IMG/VR virus record: IMGVR_UViG_3300025018_000196 | Coordinates: 1 to 50,472 of that record | Strand: one strand, 5' to 3' | Origin: a virus | Lineage: Duplodnaviria > Caudoviricetes | DNA length: 50,472 nucleotides | Shown here: piece by piece, positions 8,551 through 18,601 of the stretch | Position numbering within the stretch: position 1 is the first letter of the stretch | How the letters are laid out: each line of letters opens with the position of its first letter | Made by a program: the position numbers and the translations under genes | Notes under the pieces: model-generated | Database searches by the model: none | What the model was told of the DNA's origin: nothing | Seen by the model: the letters and a program-made list of their open reading frames with translations, nothing else

Positions 8551-11500
8551 TACTGTTCACGTCTCGCATTGAAAAGAGTTTCCATTATTTTAATAAGCTC
8601 TGCTTGGCCAGTGAATGGGGCCATATTTTTAACCCGCGTCACCGCAGAAGAGCCGGGGTCAATAACTCCTGACCCGAGGGCGGATTCAAGAGCTTTAATC
8701 ATCTTCGGAGTTTGTCCATCCGAACTTAAATCAGAGAGGATACGACTTCTCATGGATGTCATCATGTACATCCACTGCTCAGGGTAAACTGAGTCTCTGA
8801 GAGCCTGCATTTCCCTATACGTCAACTTAAAGAACAAATCTATATCGATCTCTCCGTCATTAAGTTGACGAACAAGTCTCATGTTACGATCGTACATGGT
8901 ACGGGCTGCTTGTTCCAGAGAAGATTTCATCCCTTCAACTGTGTGGATAAGAGGAGGAGTGAATTGTCTGTTGAATTCTGACTGCTGGGTCTCTCTCCTG
9001 CTACGCAAACCTAACCAGGAACGAGCGTAGATCTCTCCGTGGCTAGCTTCGGTAGTTATTCTGCCCTTACCATCCACAAAGGAACCATGTTTGTCAGCTG
9101 CAATAGCGCTGATGTTTGCGCTATAGATCGGCAAGACCTTAAGCATCTCATCCAGAGCTAAGGCATAGGCATTAGCATCTTCCGGCAGCTCCCCCCTAGC
9201 ACCTTCCCCTAAGATAAAGGCTGCTTGCTTGATACGATCTAATACTTCCGTCGATGCACTGCCAGCAGCCCCGAAGAAGAACTCAAAAGCATCTGGCTTT
9301 GTGAGTGTCAGAGCTTCTAGAATCTTAGTGACAGGATTGGAAGCTCGGATAGCGAACGTACCAGACTCAGGGATTGGGATATCCATAAGATCTAAGCCAA
9401 TACTTCTACCCAGCTTAGACCCAGCTTCCAGTACCGCAGCGAAACCGCCGCCCGTACCTGCAAATGGGGAGAAGCTTTGAGAGAACTCGATGTCGGATTG
9501 CAATTCCCCTTCTTCATCTAAGGCTGCAGCCAACATGTTGATTGAATAGCCAGCCATGCCCTCTTCTACAATCTTAGTAGCTTCAGGCGGGACCTCAATC
9601 CCAGCTTGGGCAACCATAGCTTCGTACGTACGGTTGATTCCGAATGCACCAATAGGCCCGTATACTAAAGATTGAAGCAGAGCAATGCGCGCTTTCTCTC
9701 TATTGTTGAGCCACTTGCTACCGAACCTAGTCCCCGTCGGGAACAACATCTGAAGAGACTTAGTAGTGTGGCTCATAAACTGGAACATCAGTCCCATGCC
9801 ACCACGTTGGAATCTGGATGCATCCCCTCTGTTCATAGAAAGAGAGATTTCTCTAGCATCTGCAGTAATATTAGCCAGGTTAATATCGTCCGCCCACTTG
9901 TCAGCAAGCTTGGGATTATTCTTCATCCAACGATTCTTGGATACTAGGAATGCCCCCATCAATTGGGTGATTTCACCAAAGTCAAAACCTAAGCGACGAG
10001 AGATGCGGACAGTATTCATGAAGCCTTTCTTCATACCGTCCCAAGCAGCGGAATTACTTCTATCAATACGTCTAGGATCATTAGCAAAGGCTGTTAAGAA
10101 ATCATGGGAGTCAATGCCTTGAATCATTCCGCTTTTTCGGAATGCATCAATAGACAATTGAACCTCTTGCTCTGTAATCCCTCTAGCATTAGCTATATTC
10201 TTACGAGTAGCCAGCCACAAATCAGGCTGCCATCTCGTGACCAGTCCGGCTGCTAGCTGTGCGTAGTCCCTTACGAATCCACCGCCAAACATGTAAGGCA
10301 GAGTTTTGTCCAAGCCTGCATAGACAGTGAGCTGTTGAGATTGGAGCAGAGCTTGTCTGATAGGATTTAAGATGATGAACTTTAAGAATGCTGCCTTCTT
10401 AGCTAATGCAGTCGGATCATTACCTGCAGCCCTGAGAACTGAACTAGCTGCCTTGTTACGCAGCCCACCGTACTCAGGCTCTGACAATGCATCTGCCAAT
10501 TTGATCATGACGTTAGAGTAGTTACGTTGTAACGTACCTTCGTCGATACCTGCAATCATAGCAATCCTATCACGCATTGCTACAGCTTGACGATACCTAT
10601 CTTCTTGATGTGCATCAGTAGTCACCTTATTCTTAGGTAACGTACCCCTCAATGGAACCTTACCGCCAATCCCGAAGTCTTGACCATAAGTTCTATTCAG
10701 TCTCTCATAGAGATTCTCTACCAGGGGATCAACGCTAAGGTGACGAGCCATCGTAGCCCGAGCTGCATCGAGAGAATCAGCAACACCCTTAAGTGACCGG
10801 CTTCCTAATACAGTCTCTTGCAGAGGTTTAAGCTCTTCCCCTCGAGGAGAGAAGAACAGCTGGCCTGATTCAACCAGATACTCGATAGAAGATCTATCTA
10901 ACAGCTGCTTACCTGGATCAAGACGTTCTAATTCCCTAGAAGCTTTGATCTTATAGATATCACCTGGAGCATCATTACCTGCAACTTCTGCATCTAACCT
11001 AGCGTTCAGATTTCTAAGCTCAGCCTCAGCCTCAGCTTCCCCTCTGTTAGCAAACAGAGATACCGGAGAGAAGTATCCTTCTGGCTCACGGGTAAAGTTA
11101 TGCATTCCTCTGCCTTCAGTACCTACAATGTAGGCTGCATCATAGGCACGGGGGAGATAACCGGGTATCTTCTTAACTACGTTAAAAGGAAGGGGCGACA
11201 CCCTCATAGTCTTACGACTGGTGTAGATAATATGATCTGTGCTATGCCCATTAGCACGGAATCTAGTCTTAGCCTCGTATAGCTTCTTACCCTCTGCGTA
11301 TAGGGCCTCTACAGCCTCGTCAGTGAGTCTTACGATCTTACCCTCTACTGGGTCATAGGCCGCTGTAATGCCCTTTACAGGCTCATCTAGGGGCCTTCCC
11401 ATGTGCTGTACGAATTCTTCTGTAGGTGGGCCACCATTCTTACCCGGACGTACAACTCTAACGCTAAGAGCTTTCTGCCCTTCACGTTGGAGTCGAGGGC

Positions 11501-13409
11501 GTATGTGCCTATTAAGCATCTTACGTCCTACCTCTAGCATTTCTCTCGTGGCCAGGTATCCACGATATGCTTCGTAATCTCCGCCTAGACGTGTTAGTAC
11601 ATCCCGTCTCTTGAACTCTTTCCTAACTTGATCTTCTTCATTCAATACCGCCATAACAGCAGACTGCTTAGTTCGGTTAAGCTTATTGAAAGGCTGCATG
11701 ATATCGCCTAGTGCACGTTCGATAGCCGGTTGGCGATCTGTCCCCGCATTGATAGCTCGGCGAACTCTATCCGAGAAGACAGAAGAGTTAGTCATGTAGG
11801 CAGCTAAGCGTCCACGATAGCCGATGAAGTCTGAATCTTTGAAGCCACTAGCAATTGCCCCGATGTAATCGAAGGGCTCACGTACTTTAACTTGAACTAG
11901 GAATTCACCAGGAGAGTTGATGTCTTCTTTGTTATTAGGATCTACTACTTTATAAGTATCGTCTTCAAAGTCTCTCTTTAGAATCCTCATGTTAGATTCA
12001 TCTGGAGCTACTTCTACATAAGCTTTGCCTAACTTACGGGCAAGATCATAGGTCGGGAATGCTTGAGAAGCATTAGCAGCCACAACAAAATTAGCTTCTA
12101 ACGCTCCGCCGACATCCTCGATTGTCGTCTTGCTAAGATGCACATGTCCCACCTTAGCTTCGAGTGCGTCTTCCGTAGCAGCTATACGTTCTCTGAGAGA
12201 TTCTTTCTGCAGCCGCCGTTCTTCTTCTGTGAGAAGAAGGCCAAGGGGATTATGGTTGAGTACATCTTCAATACCGTAGGCATCATCTAAATTAAGATCG
12301 GGGTTGACAGTGATGTCGGCCCTGGAAGCCTTGGGTAGAATAGTATCGATAGCAATCTGAGACAGATCTACACCCAGACTATTAGCCAGCTGTTCATTCT
12401 CTGTCTCCAAGGCAGACCTGAACACAGTCTCTGCATCCTTGGGTGCAACAGAAGCTAGCCTGCTAGCTGCAGAATCTTGAGTGATACGAGTCTTGGGAAG
12501 AGCCATGCGTGACATGACCCTGCCGGCTGTGCCTAGTAACGGGATAACATCTAACACGCCAAAGATATTCAGTAGAGTTTTCTCTACTGGCATATTTTGA
12601 CTAGAAGGATCTAAGCCCCCTAAGAAATCTTGAATAGCTTCCCATTCAGTAACGCTATTGTCTATGAGATTCGGAGAGATATTCTTAATCTCTTGCAGCA
12701 GGAGCCTAGTAACTTCTATCTGCCTCGGCTCTTCCAGTTGGAAGAACATCTTGCGGAAGCTTTCTATGCTGTTACCGGCAAGCAGATAGTCAGTGCCCGA
12801 GAAAGTTTCGGGGCTAACACGTCTGTGGATCTCACCAATCCTAAGCTGGAATCCAGGTAGAAAAGCAGAGACTATAAATTCTAAACCTGCCTTGCCAAGA
12901 TTACTATCCAGTCCAGCCCCACGCTCATTTACTAATCTACGAACCTCATCAGATACCCAACCCTTCTCTTTGAGGAGAGCTTTCCGTTGGTTTTCAATCA
13001 CTGAAGCCCCGATCAGATCAAGGCCAGTTAAGGGTTCTGAGTTATACATCAGGGAATCGGTAGCTAGCTCACGCATGCTAGCCTTAGCCTGAGCCCGGTC
13101 TCTCAGCTGATCAATCCTTCCTTGCTTTTCTTCAAACGTAGAAGTACCTTTGATCGTAGCATTAGCCAGATCAGCGAGTTGGAATTGTCTCTGCTTCTCA
13201 AGTATTTGCTGCACCATGTCGTACGTTTGAGATACGCCATTGGTTTGGAACTCTTGCTTGACCGCATCATACAGCTGGGGGTTAACGCCCGCGCCGAGTG
13301 CAGCCAGTTGTGCCATCTTGTCAGCAACGTCTGAACTAGCAGCATTCTCGGTTTCCTTGGCACGTTGCATGTACCAAGATTGAGACAGTTGATCTGTTGT
13401 TTGATCCAT
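8550..13409 (-). CDS. large internal virion / ejection protein
   Basis: 1619 aa; size and position typical of a podovirus ejectosome gene; GYLPRAY motif. Confidence 0.7.
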   Translation of the reverse strand: MDQTTDQLSQSWYMQRAKETENAASSDVADKMAQLAALGAGVNPQLYDAVKQEFQTNGVSQTYDMVQQILEKQRQFQLADLANATIKGTSTFEEKQGRIDQLRDRAQAKASMRELATDSLMYNSEPLTGLDLIGASVIENQRKALLKEKGWVSDEVRRLVNERGAGLDSNLGKAGLEFIVSAFLPGFQLRIGEIHRRVSPETFSGTDYLLAGNSIESFRKMFFQLEEPRQIEVTRLLLQEIKNISPNLIDNSVTEWEAIQDFLGGLDPSSQNMPVEKTLLNIFGVLDVIPLLGTAGRVMSRMALPKTRITQDSAASRLASVAPKDAETVFRSALETENEQLANSLGVDLSQIAIDTILPKASRADITVNPDLNLDDAYGIEDVLNHNPLGLLLTEEERRLQKESLRERIAATEDALEAKVGHVHLSKTTIEDVGGALEANFVVAANASQAFPTYDLARKLGKAYVEVAPDESNMRILKRDFEDDTYKVVDPNNKEDINSPGEFLVQVKVREPFDYIGAIASGFKDSDFIGYRGRLAAYMTNSSVFSDRVRRAINAGTDRQPAIERALGDIMQPFNKLNRTKQSAVMAVLNEEDQVRKEFKRRDVLTRLGGDYEAYRGYLATREMLEVGRKMLNRHIRPRLQREGQKALSVRVVRPGKNGGPPTEEFVQHMGRPLDEPVKGITAAYDPVEGKIVRLTDEAVEALYAEGKKLYEAKTRFRANGHSTDHIIYTSRKTMRVSPLPFNVVKKIPGYLPRAYDAAYIVGTEGRGMHNFTREPEGYFSPVSLFANRGEAEAEAELRNLNARLDAEVAGNDAPGDIYKIKASRELERLDPGKQLLDRSSIEYLVESGQLFFSPRGEELKPLQETVLGSRSLKGVADSLDAARATMARHLSVDPLVENLYERLNRTYGQDFGIGGKVPLRGTLPKNKVTTDAHQEDRYRQAVAMRDRIAMIAGIDEGTLQRNYSNVMIKLADALSEPEYGGLRNKAASSVLRAAGNDPTALAKKAAFLKFIILNPIRQALLQSQQLTVYAGLDKTLPYMFGGGFVRDYAQLAAGLVTRWQPDLWLATRKNIANARGITEQEVQLSIDAFRKSGMIQGIDSHDFLTAFANDPRRIDRSNSAAWDGMKKGFMNTVRISRRLGFDFGEITQLMGAFLVSKNRWMKNNPKLADKWADDINLANITADAREISLSMNRGDASRFQRGGMGLMFQFMSHTTKSLQMLFPTGTRFGSKWLNNREKARIALLQSLVYGPIGAFGINRTYEAMVAQAGIEVPPEATKIVEEGMAGYSINMLAAALDEEGELQSDIEFSQSFSPFAGTGGGFAAVLEAGSKLGRSIGLDLMDIPIPESGTFAIRASNPVTKILEALTLTKPDAFEFFFGAAGSASTEVLDRIKQAAFILGEGARGELPEDANAYALALDEMLKVLPIYSANISAIAADKHGSFVDGKGRITTEASHGEIYARSWLGLRSRRETQQSEFNRQFTPPLIHTVEGMKSSLEQAARTMYDRNMRLVRQLNDGEIDIDLFFKLTYREMQALRDSVYPEQWMYMMTSMRSRILSDLSSDGQTPKMIKALESALGSGVIDPGSSAVTRVKNMAPFTGQAELIKIMETLFNARREQ

Positions 13410-13885
13410 TAGCCTTCAAACTTCGGTGTGGTATTGTTGCCGCCGCTACTTGCTTTATAAGAAGCTACGTTACCTGCAATACTCTGGACAGTACTAAACC
13501 CAGCAGCTACGTTACGGAACTTCTGCGCCTTAAGCTGCCCCTTCAGAAGGATATCGCTTATCGCTTTCTGAGATGCGAAGGCAGAGTTAGCGTATCCAAT
13601 GTTAGATGCCGTCTGCGCGCCCAGAGCCCCACGTGCCCCTTGTAAACCTGAACTCACATCCACCCCAGAGGACACTGCGCCTGCTACCAACTCGGCATCA
13701 CGTGCGTTCCTAGCTGCGATAGCCTGCTTACGCTCACGCAATGCAGTAACATCAGCCATCCTACGCTCAACCTTGTTAGCTTCTTTAGCAGCTTTGTTTT
13801 GCGCCTTAGCCGATTTTACCGTGGCTACAGTAGAGCCTACCGCCGCTACCGCTGCCACTACTAAGGCAAATTCTAAACCTGTCAT
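13409..13885 (-). CDS. small internal virion protein (T7 gp14-like position)
   Basis: hydrophobic Ala/Val N-terminus, AGAVSSGVDVSSGLQGA, Ala/Gln-rich. Confidence 0.7.
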   Translation of the reverse strand: MTGLEFALVVAAVAAVGSTVATVKSAKAQNKAAKEANKVERRMADVTALRERKQAIAARNARDAELVAGAVSSGVDVSSGLQGARGALGAQTASNIGYANSAFASQKAISDILLKGQLKAQKFRNVAAGFSTVQSIAGNVASYKASSGGNNTTPKFEG

Positions 13886-13886
13886 T

Positions 13887-15605
13887 TTAAGTGTCCGTCA
13901 TTCCGATAAATGGGATGACCCATCCAAGAAGATGGAAGTCTTTCCCTGACTCTGATTCAAATCTGAGACGAATAGCTTTACCTTTTCCTCTCAATTGATT
14001 TAGGCATTCGATAACTTCGAAGCCATAATCAAAAGCATCCCCGCTTTCCCCCACAAAATAGGGGCGTCGGAGTTTGTAAGCTTGCATCCTTTCAGTCCAT
14101 CTGTTAGAAGATGCACTATCTGTCCAATGCCATTTAGCTCTAACAGTACATCCAGAAGGATAGTCGAAGTTTACAGTTCCATCTTCCTTTGTTTCGAAAG
14201 AAGTCTCTGTTCTCTTGAAAAACGTGTGCAATCTCGAAGCTTCCTTCTCCGTACCTGCTGCTTCTAACACATCATCCCCAGTCTCTATGAAGGAGGAGTA
14301 GTCTTGTGAAGCACTATACGGAGAGTTATCCCAATCTAGAAATGTTCTATTCTTAAATTCAGCAAAGGAATATTGCCATGTGTCCGTAGAAGTTTCTTCA
14401 AAACACACAAGCTTCAAGGATGTAGCCCCATAGTTAGGACTGCCTACCTTAGATATAACTTCTTCCGTGCCATCCAGGACTTGATCAGCCCCATCTAAGA
14501 CAAGATCGTCTCCTTCTACAGTGGTGCCTGACTTCTTCTCCACCATCGCTGAGATAAATGGGGTCGATTCAGACAGGCTTACAGAGTAAGTATAAAATCC
14601 CTCAATGGTTAGATCTAGAATCAAGATCTTATTGTACCTGAATCTCCACTCTGCTCCATCATAGCTGGATTGATCGTTGTAGAACCAGTAGATTTTCTTA
14701 GAAGACTGGTCGTAAAATCCTCTAGAGAACTTCCTACCCGCTACAGGAATGGTGAGATAGAAAGTTTGGATGGTATTTTCAGAGATATTCTGAGGGCGAA
14801 GGCTCCCGCTTACCTCATCACGGCCGAGTGCGTATATCCCGCCGTCACTCCAGTAGAAGATCTGGCTCTCAGCCACAACAACAGAGTCCTTAGACATAGG
14901 CCCTATGTCTGTAATCTTTCTAACCTGTTGTTCTGTAGCCTTAAACCCACCCGTCTCTCCGCCAGACACGGACCATATGCCATTGTCTGCAAAGATAACA
15001 AGCTCAATACCTATGGGCTCTAGCCTTAAACCTCTGGCCATGCCATCGATGTTTATCTTACCGCCATCAGTAGCGATAAGATCGTTAATATCTTCAGCCG
15101 TGGGATCTTGTTCTTGGTAGCACTTGTTAGCTTTAGACAGATCAGTTAAGATCTGAGAGAAGTAAACCGTACCATCTCGCATAAGGTACCAAACTCGGCC
15201 GGCATAGAATGCCGTAGCCACCGGTCTTGAGGATTCTAAATCTCTCTCAGGATCATAGATCCCTGAGATCCCGGACACTGTCTGGCGATTTCTATCGAAC
15301 GCATTGATAATGAAATGCCCACGAGGAGCTGGGGTATTGCCAAATGGCACAGTCTCTAGGAGCCATGGGGAATAGGAGTCTACCCCACGTCCTTTCTGAG
15401 CTGTGCTGGCCTTAGCTGAGTAGAGGATGTCAGCGTTGGATGGGTAGAAACCCATCTTAGTTTTCGTATGGGCAACAGGATCCCCAATGAAAAGAAACTC
15501 GCCATCTCTATCGTCTAAGTTAGAGAAGCGAGTTGGCCAGCCTTGGTTACGAAGATTGTAATTGTGGTCTGCTGTTAAAGTTGTGGGTCTTTCATCTATT
15601 CGCAT
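13887..15605 (-). CDS. tail nozzle (tail tubular protein B), C-terminal part
   Basis: RPTTL..HNYNLRNQGW, AFYAGRVWY, CYQEQDPT, ATDGG, NGIWSVSG, RGKGKAIRLRFES..GKDFHLLGW. Confidence 0.8.
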   Translation of the reverse strand: MRIDERPTTLTADHNYNLRNQGWPTRFSNLDDRDGEFLFIGDPVAHTKTKMGFYPSNADILYSAKASTAQKGRGVDSYSPWLLETVPFGNTPAPRGHFIINAFDRNRQTVSGISGIYDPERDLESSRPVATAFYAGRVWYLMRDGTVYFSQILTDLSKANKCYQEQDPTAEDINDLIATDGGKINIDGMARGLRLEPIGIELVIFADNGIWSVSGGETGGFKATEQQVRKITDIGPMSKDSVVVAESQIFYWSDGGIYALGRDEVSGSLRPQNISENTIQTFYLTIPVAGRKFSRGFYDQSSKKIYWFYNDQSSYDGAEWRFRYNKILILDLTIEGFYTYSVSLSESTPFISAMVEKKSGTTVEGDDLVLDGADQVLDGTEEVISKVGSPNYGATSLKLVCFEETSTDTWQYSFAEFKNRTFLDWDNSPYSASQDYSSFIETGDDVLEAAGTEKEASRLHTFFKRTETSFETKEDGTVNFDYPSGCTVRAKWHWTDSASSNRWTERMQAYKLRRPYFVGESGDAFDYGFEVIECLNQLRGKGKAIRLRFESESGKDFHLLGWVIPFIGMTDT

Positions 15606-16327
15606 TAGAACAAAACCGTTCCGGGGGCGAGACCTTCAAAACTACTGAAGGTAAGGTTGCCGAAGTTAAAAGCAAATCCGCTTGTACCTATCAACGCAGC
15701 GATGTTTAAAGTAATATCATTAACATCGAAGGTAGGATCAGTTGGAGTATTCGTAACCGAGTCTCCAAATAGCTGGGGGGAATCTGAATTCTCCTCAATA
15801 CCGTCTGTATCACGGATCTTGATAGTTAGTTTAACACCTGTGAATTCTCCAGTATCCTGATTGTATTGCAGGTAGGCTGGAGAGATAGAAGGCGAGACTA
15901 CGAAAAGCTTGCCCTTACCGGATGCCACAGAAACAGGATCCTTGTAGAATGTATCACTGATCTTGATCGGATCTAAGTCGATCTTACCGATGACACCGGA
16001 AGATATCGCATCCACTCCGATATCGTGGAAGTAAAGTTCTCCACCTATCTGCAACACAAGAAAGTTGAGATCATCGTTACCGTCCACAGATGCCCATTCA
16101 TTAGACGTGATGGCGTACGTGGATAACTCTGGCCCAAACGAAGAAGAGGAGTAGCTTCCACCTGTCTCGAAGTCTACTCCTCTACGTCTGCGAATAGAAC
16201 CGTCCCGAGTCAACTCTACGTTGTCTAGATCCTTGGCGGTATTCTCAGGGAACGTAAGCGGGCTGGCCTCAGTATTGAGGCCTCCCACAAAGTTCCTGTA
16301 TTCTTTAACTTGTTGGCGTCTCGCCAC
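15605..16327 (-). CDS. tail nozzle (tail tubular protein B), N-terminal part
   Basis: FVGGLNTEASPLTFPEN...DGSIRRRRGVDFE nozzle N-terminus; TAATG coupling to the next gene. Confidence 0.75.
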   Translation of the reverse strand: MARRQQVKEYRNFVGGLNTEASPLTFPENTAKDLDNVELTRDGSIRRRRGVDFETGGSYSSSSFGPELSTYAITSNEWASVDGNDDLNFLVLQIGGELYFHDIGVDAISSGVIGKIDLDPIKISDTFYKDPVSVASGKGKLFVVSPSISPAYLQYNQDTGEFTGVKLTIKIRDTDGIEENSDSPQLFGDSVTNTPTDPTFDVNDITLNIAALIGTSGFAFNFGNLTFSSFEGLAPGTVLF

Positions 16328-16772
16328 TTACTTCATCCCATCGCTTTTGCAGATAGATACGGGCATCTAATTCTGCTTTGGAATAGCTAGTCCACTTACC
16401 TTGGAATTCCGGAGGATTCTCTCCGCCTTCTGCGAATTGGATTCCGTATCCTGTAGTGTCTGCCAACTTGTAAATCTGTACAGTCTTGCCGTTAGGGGTT
16501 TGACCGATCTTGGTCTTACCAGGTTCTACCTCTTCAGTTAAGAACTGGCTAGAGATATGAGAATCTTCTTCAATGGCCATAGGTACTGGCTCATTGAAAG
16601 TCGGCGTTCCGTAATGTACGTCTTCTTCAGCAACTACAGCTTTGAGGTCTCCCTCAGGCTGTACGAATACTGCGTCACCTTCACGTTCTTCGCGCACTGC
16701 CTTTATCTCCGTCTTCGGAGGTGTAGTAGTAGTTACGCTTTCGACCGTATCTGACTTTTCTATCTTGCTCAT
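16305..16772 (-). CDS. hypothetical protein of the tail module
   Basis: 155 aa; GGENPPEFQGKWTS motif; lies between adaptor and nozzle. Confidence 0.65.
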   Translation of the reverse strand: MSKIEKSDTVESVTTTTPPKTEIKAVREEREGDAVFVQPEGDLKAVVAEEDVHYGTPTFNEPVPMAIEEDSHISSQFLTEEVEPGKTKIGQTPNGKTVQIYKLADTTGYGIQFAEGGENPPEFQGKWTSYSKAELDARIYLQKRWDEVSGETPTS

Positions 16773-17490
16773 CTATTTTCCTCGCGTCTTTTCGAAGGCG
16801 GGAGATGCCCCTAGCTGCACGCTGCTCATCCTTTGGGGATTGTCCCTGCTTCCAATACGTAAAGGCTGCTGCCCTAACTTCTGCCAAGAATACCGAGAAC
16901 ATTTGTTCTGGCATATCTGGTACGAATGTATCGGAGCTAGTCCATGCAGGTATAACCTTGGCTTCCACCAGCGATTTCGAAGATTGCATTGTCGTGTCAA
17001 CCGCGCTATCGTACGAATCGAATACAATGTATTCATCGTCGAAGCTGGTCCAGAATGTCGGCGCCTCATCATTGAGGATAAACATCGGCACGTTGTCAAA
17101 GTTTAAGACAACTGTAACATCTGTATTATCCGTGCGACGGGTGTGAATTCTGTCTAAAAATTCCTTGGGAGGACAGTACTTAATAAATTCGAATGTCCTA
17201 TGATCATCTGTAGACTTGGTAGTCTCGTATTTAAGATTGTAAATACGAACAACTTCACTAGGCATCTTTAAAAAGTTAGGCCTAGCGGTATCTGCTACTG
17301 CTTCTAAAGGGATAAGCTTGTAAAGATGGGGCCAATCATCACGATCCATAAGATCATAGTACGTGACTCGCGCCTCCTCTGCAATCTGCAGAGACTCTAC
17401 CGTATCCGATATAGAATTAACCGGATCATGATTCATTGCATCTAGTGTGCTCTGAACCACTTCCAGTAGTGTCATCTTATTACGAGCCAT
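16681..17490 (-). CDS. tail adaptor (tail tubular protein A)
   Basis: TLLEVVQSTLDAMNHDPVNSISDTVES.Q, PTFWTSFDDEYIVFDSYD motifs; position. Confidence 0.75.
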   Translation of the reverse strand: MARNKMTLLEVVQSTLDAMNHDPVNSISDTVESLQIAEEARVTYYDLMDRDDWPHLYKLIPLEAVADTARPNFLKMPSEVVRIYNLKYETTKSTDDHRTFEFIKYCPPKEFLDRIHTRRTDNTDVTVVLNFDNVPMFILNDEAPTFWTSFDDEYIVFDSYDSAVDTTMQSSKSLVEAKVIPAWTSSDTFVPDMPEQMFSVFLAEVRAAAFTYWKQGQSPKDEQRAARGISRLRKDARKIDEQDRKVRYGRKRNYYYTSEDGDKGSARRT

Positions 17491-17491
17491 C

Positions 17492-17989
17492 TTAGTTTCT
17501 CGCTAGTAACAGAGTTACACTTGCGGATTGAGTGCTACTTGTAGCCCCATCCGAAGCTATCTCAAGCAGGTCACCTTCGCTGAAGGTGTTCAACGCTGAA
17601 GGCGTGCACGAATCGATATCACCAGCTGCTGAACTAGTGAATGCAATTGTAATAGAACCGTTAGTTACCGATACGGTATTGATCTTCAACGTAAGGATCG
17701 TATCCGTAGTAGCAATGGCACCGTAAATCGCAGACCATGCCTTTGTAATACTCCCATCGAATGGGGCCACAAAGTAAATGCTTCCTGCCGTGCCGATGTC
17801 AGGGAAGTGGAGAACTACGGGTTCACTCTTCGCTGTAATTTCGGCTAATGTAAGTTGACGAAGATCTCCAGTACCTGCCGTAGATGCGGAGGGTGTAATT
17901 ACCTTTCCAGCATCTGAAGTAGCAGCTGTCTGGATATACTTCGGTTCGTGTAATGACGACCCAGTCAGGGCCGAATGTTGTGCTGGCAC
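17492..17989 (-). CDS. virion structural protein
   Basis: HSALTGSSLHEPK N-terminus, Ser/Thr-rich beta domain, follows capsid genes. Confidence 0.6.
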   Translation of the reverse strand: MPAQHSALTGSSLHEPKYIQTAATSDAGKVITPSASTAGTGDLRQLTLAEITAKSEPVVLHFPDIGTAGSIYFVAPFDGSITKAWSAIYGAIATTDTILTLKINTVSVTNGSITIAFTSSAAGDIDSCTPSALNTFSEGDLLEIASDGATSSTQSASVTLLLARN

Positions 17990-17999
17990 TTTATCACCT

Positions 18000-18035
18000 T
18001 AAAAAGTGGCGGGGGCTATTACTAACCCCCACCAT
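18000..18035 (-). terminator. rho-independent terminator after the capsid genes
   Basis: minus strand TGGTGGGGGTTAG-TAA-TAGCCCCCGCCA followed by CTTTTT. Confidence 0.8.
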
Positions 18036-18056
18036 GACGAATAGATCAGAGAGCTA

Positions 18057-18587
18057 TTAGATAGCGCCCGAGATCGGTTCAGTCGGAGTCGAGTCCGGAG
18101 ACTTGCGAGTATACTCAATCGTGAGAACAGCATCACCAGCCGTCCACGGGCCAGTGGCCGTGGTCGTGCTGACGTATGCATCGGCCGTGCCGACGTTGTT
18201 GCCGATCAGAGCACCGTCGCAGACGATGTTCGTGTTGGCAGCAAGAGCTGCTTTAGCGATCGTAGCATCAATTCCATCCAGATCAATTGCAGTACCAGCG
18301 GAATTGACAAAGCCAATGCTCAATGTGGTAGCGCCGCCGGAAGTGAATGCCGTCTCAACGCTGAGATCAGCGCGAGTAATGACAGCACCGGCCGGGATCG
18401 GAATGGATTTCATCGAAGGAGCGACAGTATCCCCAGTCGGAAGGTTATCCCATTCCAGATTGACTTGAAGAACTTCGCGATTGCCGCCAAGTACCATGAC
18501 TTGACCAGCATTTTCATTCGAAGAAGTGCGAGGACCGTATCCAACTACCAGACCATCATCATTCGTCCACGTTTGTTGACGAGACAT
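18057..18587 (-). CDS. capsid decoration / minor capsid protein
   Basis: WTNDDGLVVGYG, IPAGAVITRA..VETAFTSGGA; immediately after the major capsid gene. Confidence 0.7.
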   Translation of the reverse strand: MSRQQTWTNDDGLVVGYGPRTSSNENAGQVMVLGGNREVLQVNLEWDNLPTGDTVAPSMKSIPIPAGAVITRADLSVETAFTSGGATTLSIGFVNSAGTAIDLDGIDATIAKAALAANTNIVCDGALIGNNVGTADAYVSTTTATGPWTAGDAVLTIEYTRKSPDSTPTEPISGAI

Positions 18588-18601
18588 ATTAGATTCCTCT
18601 G

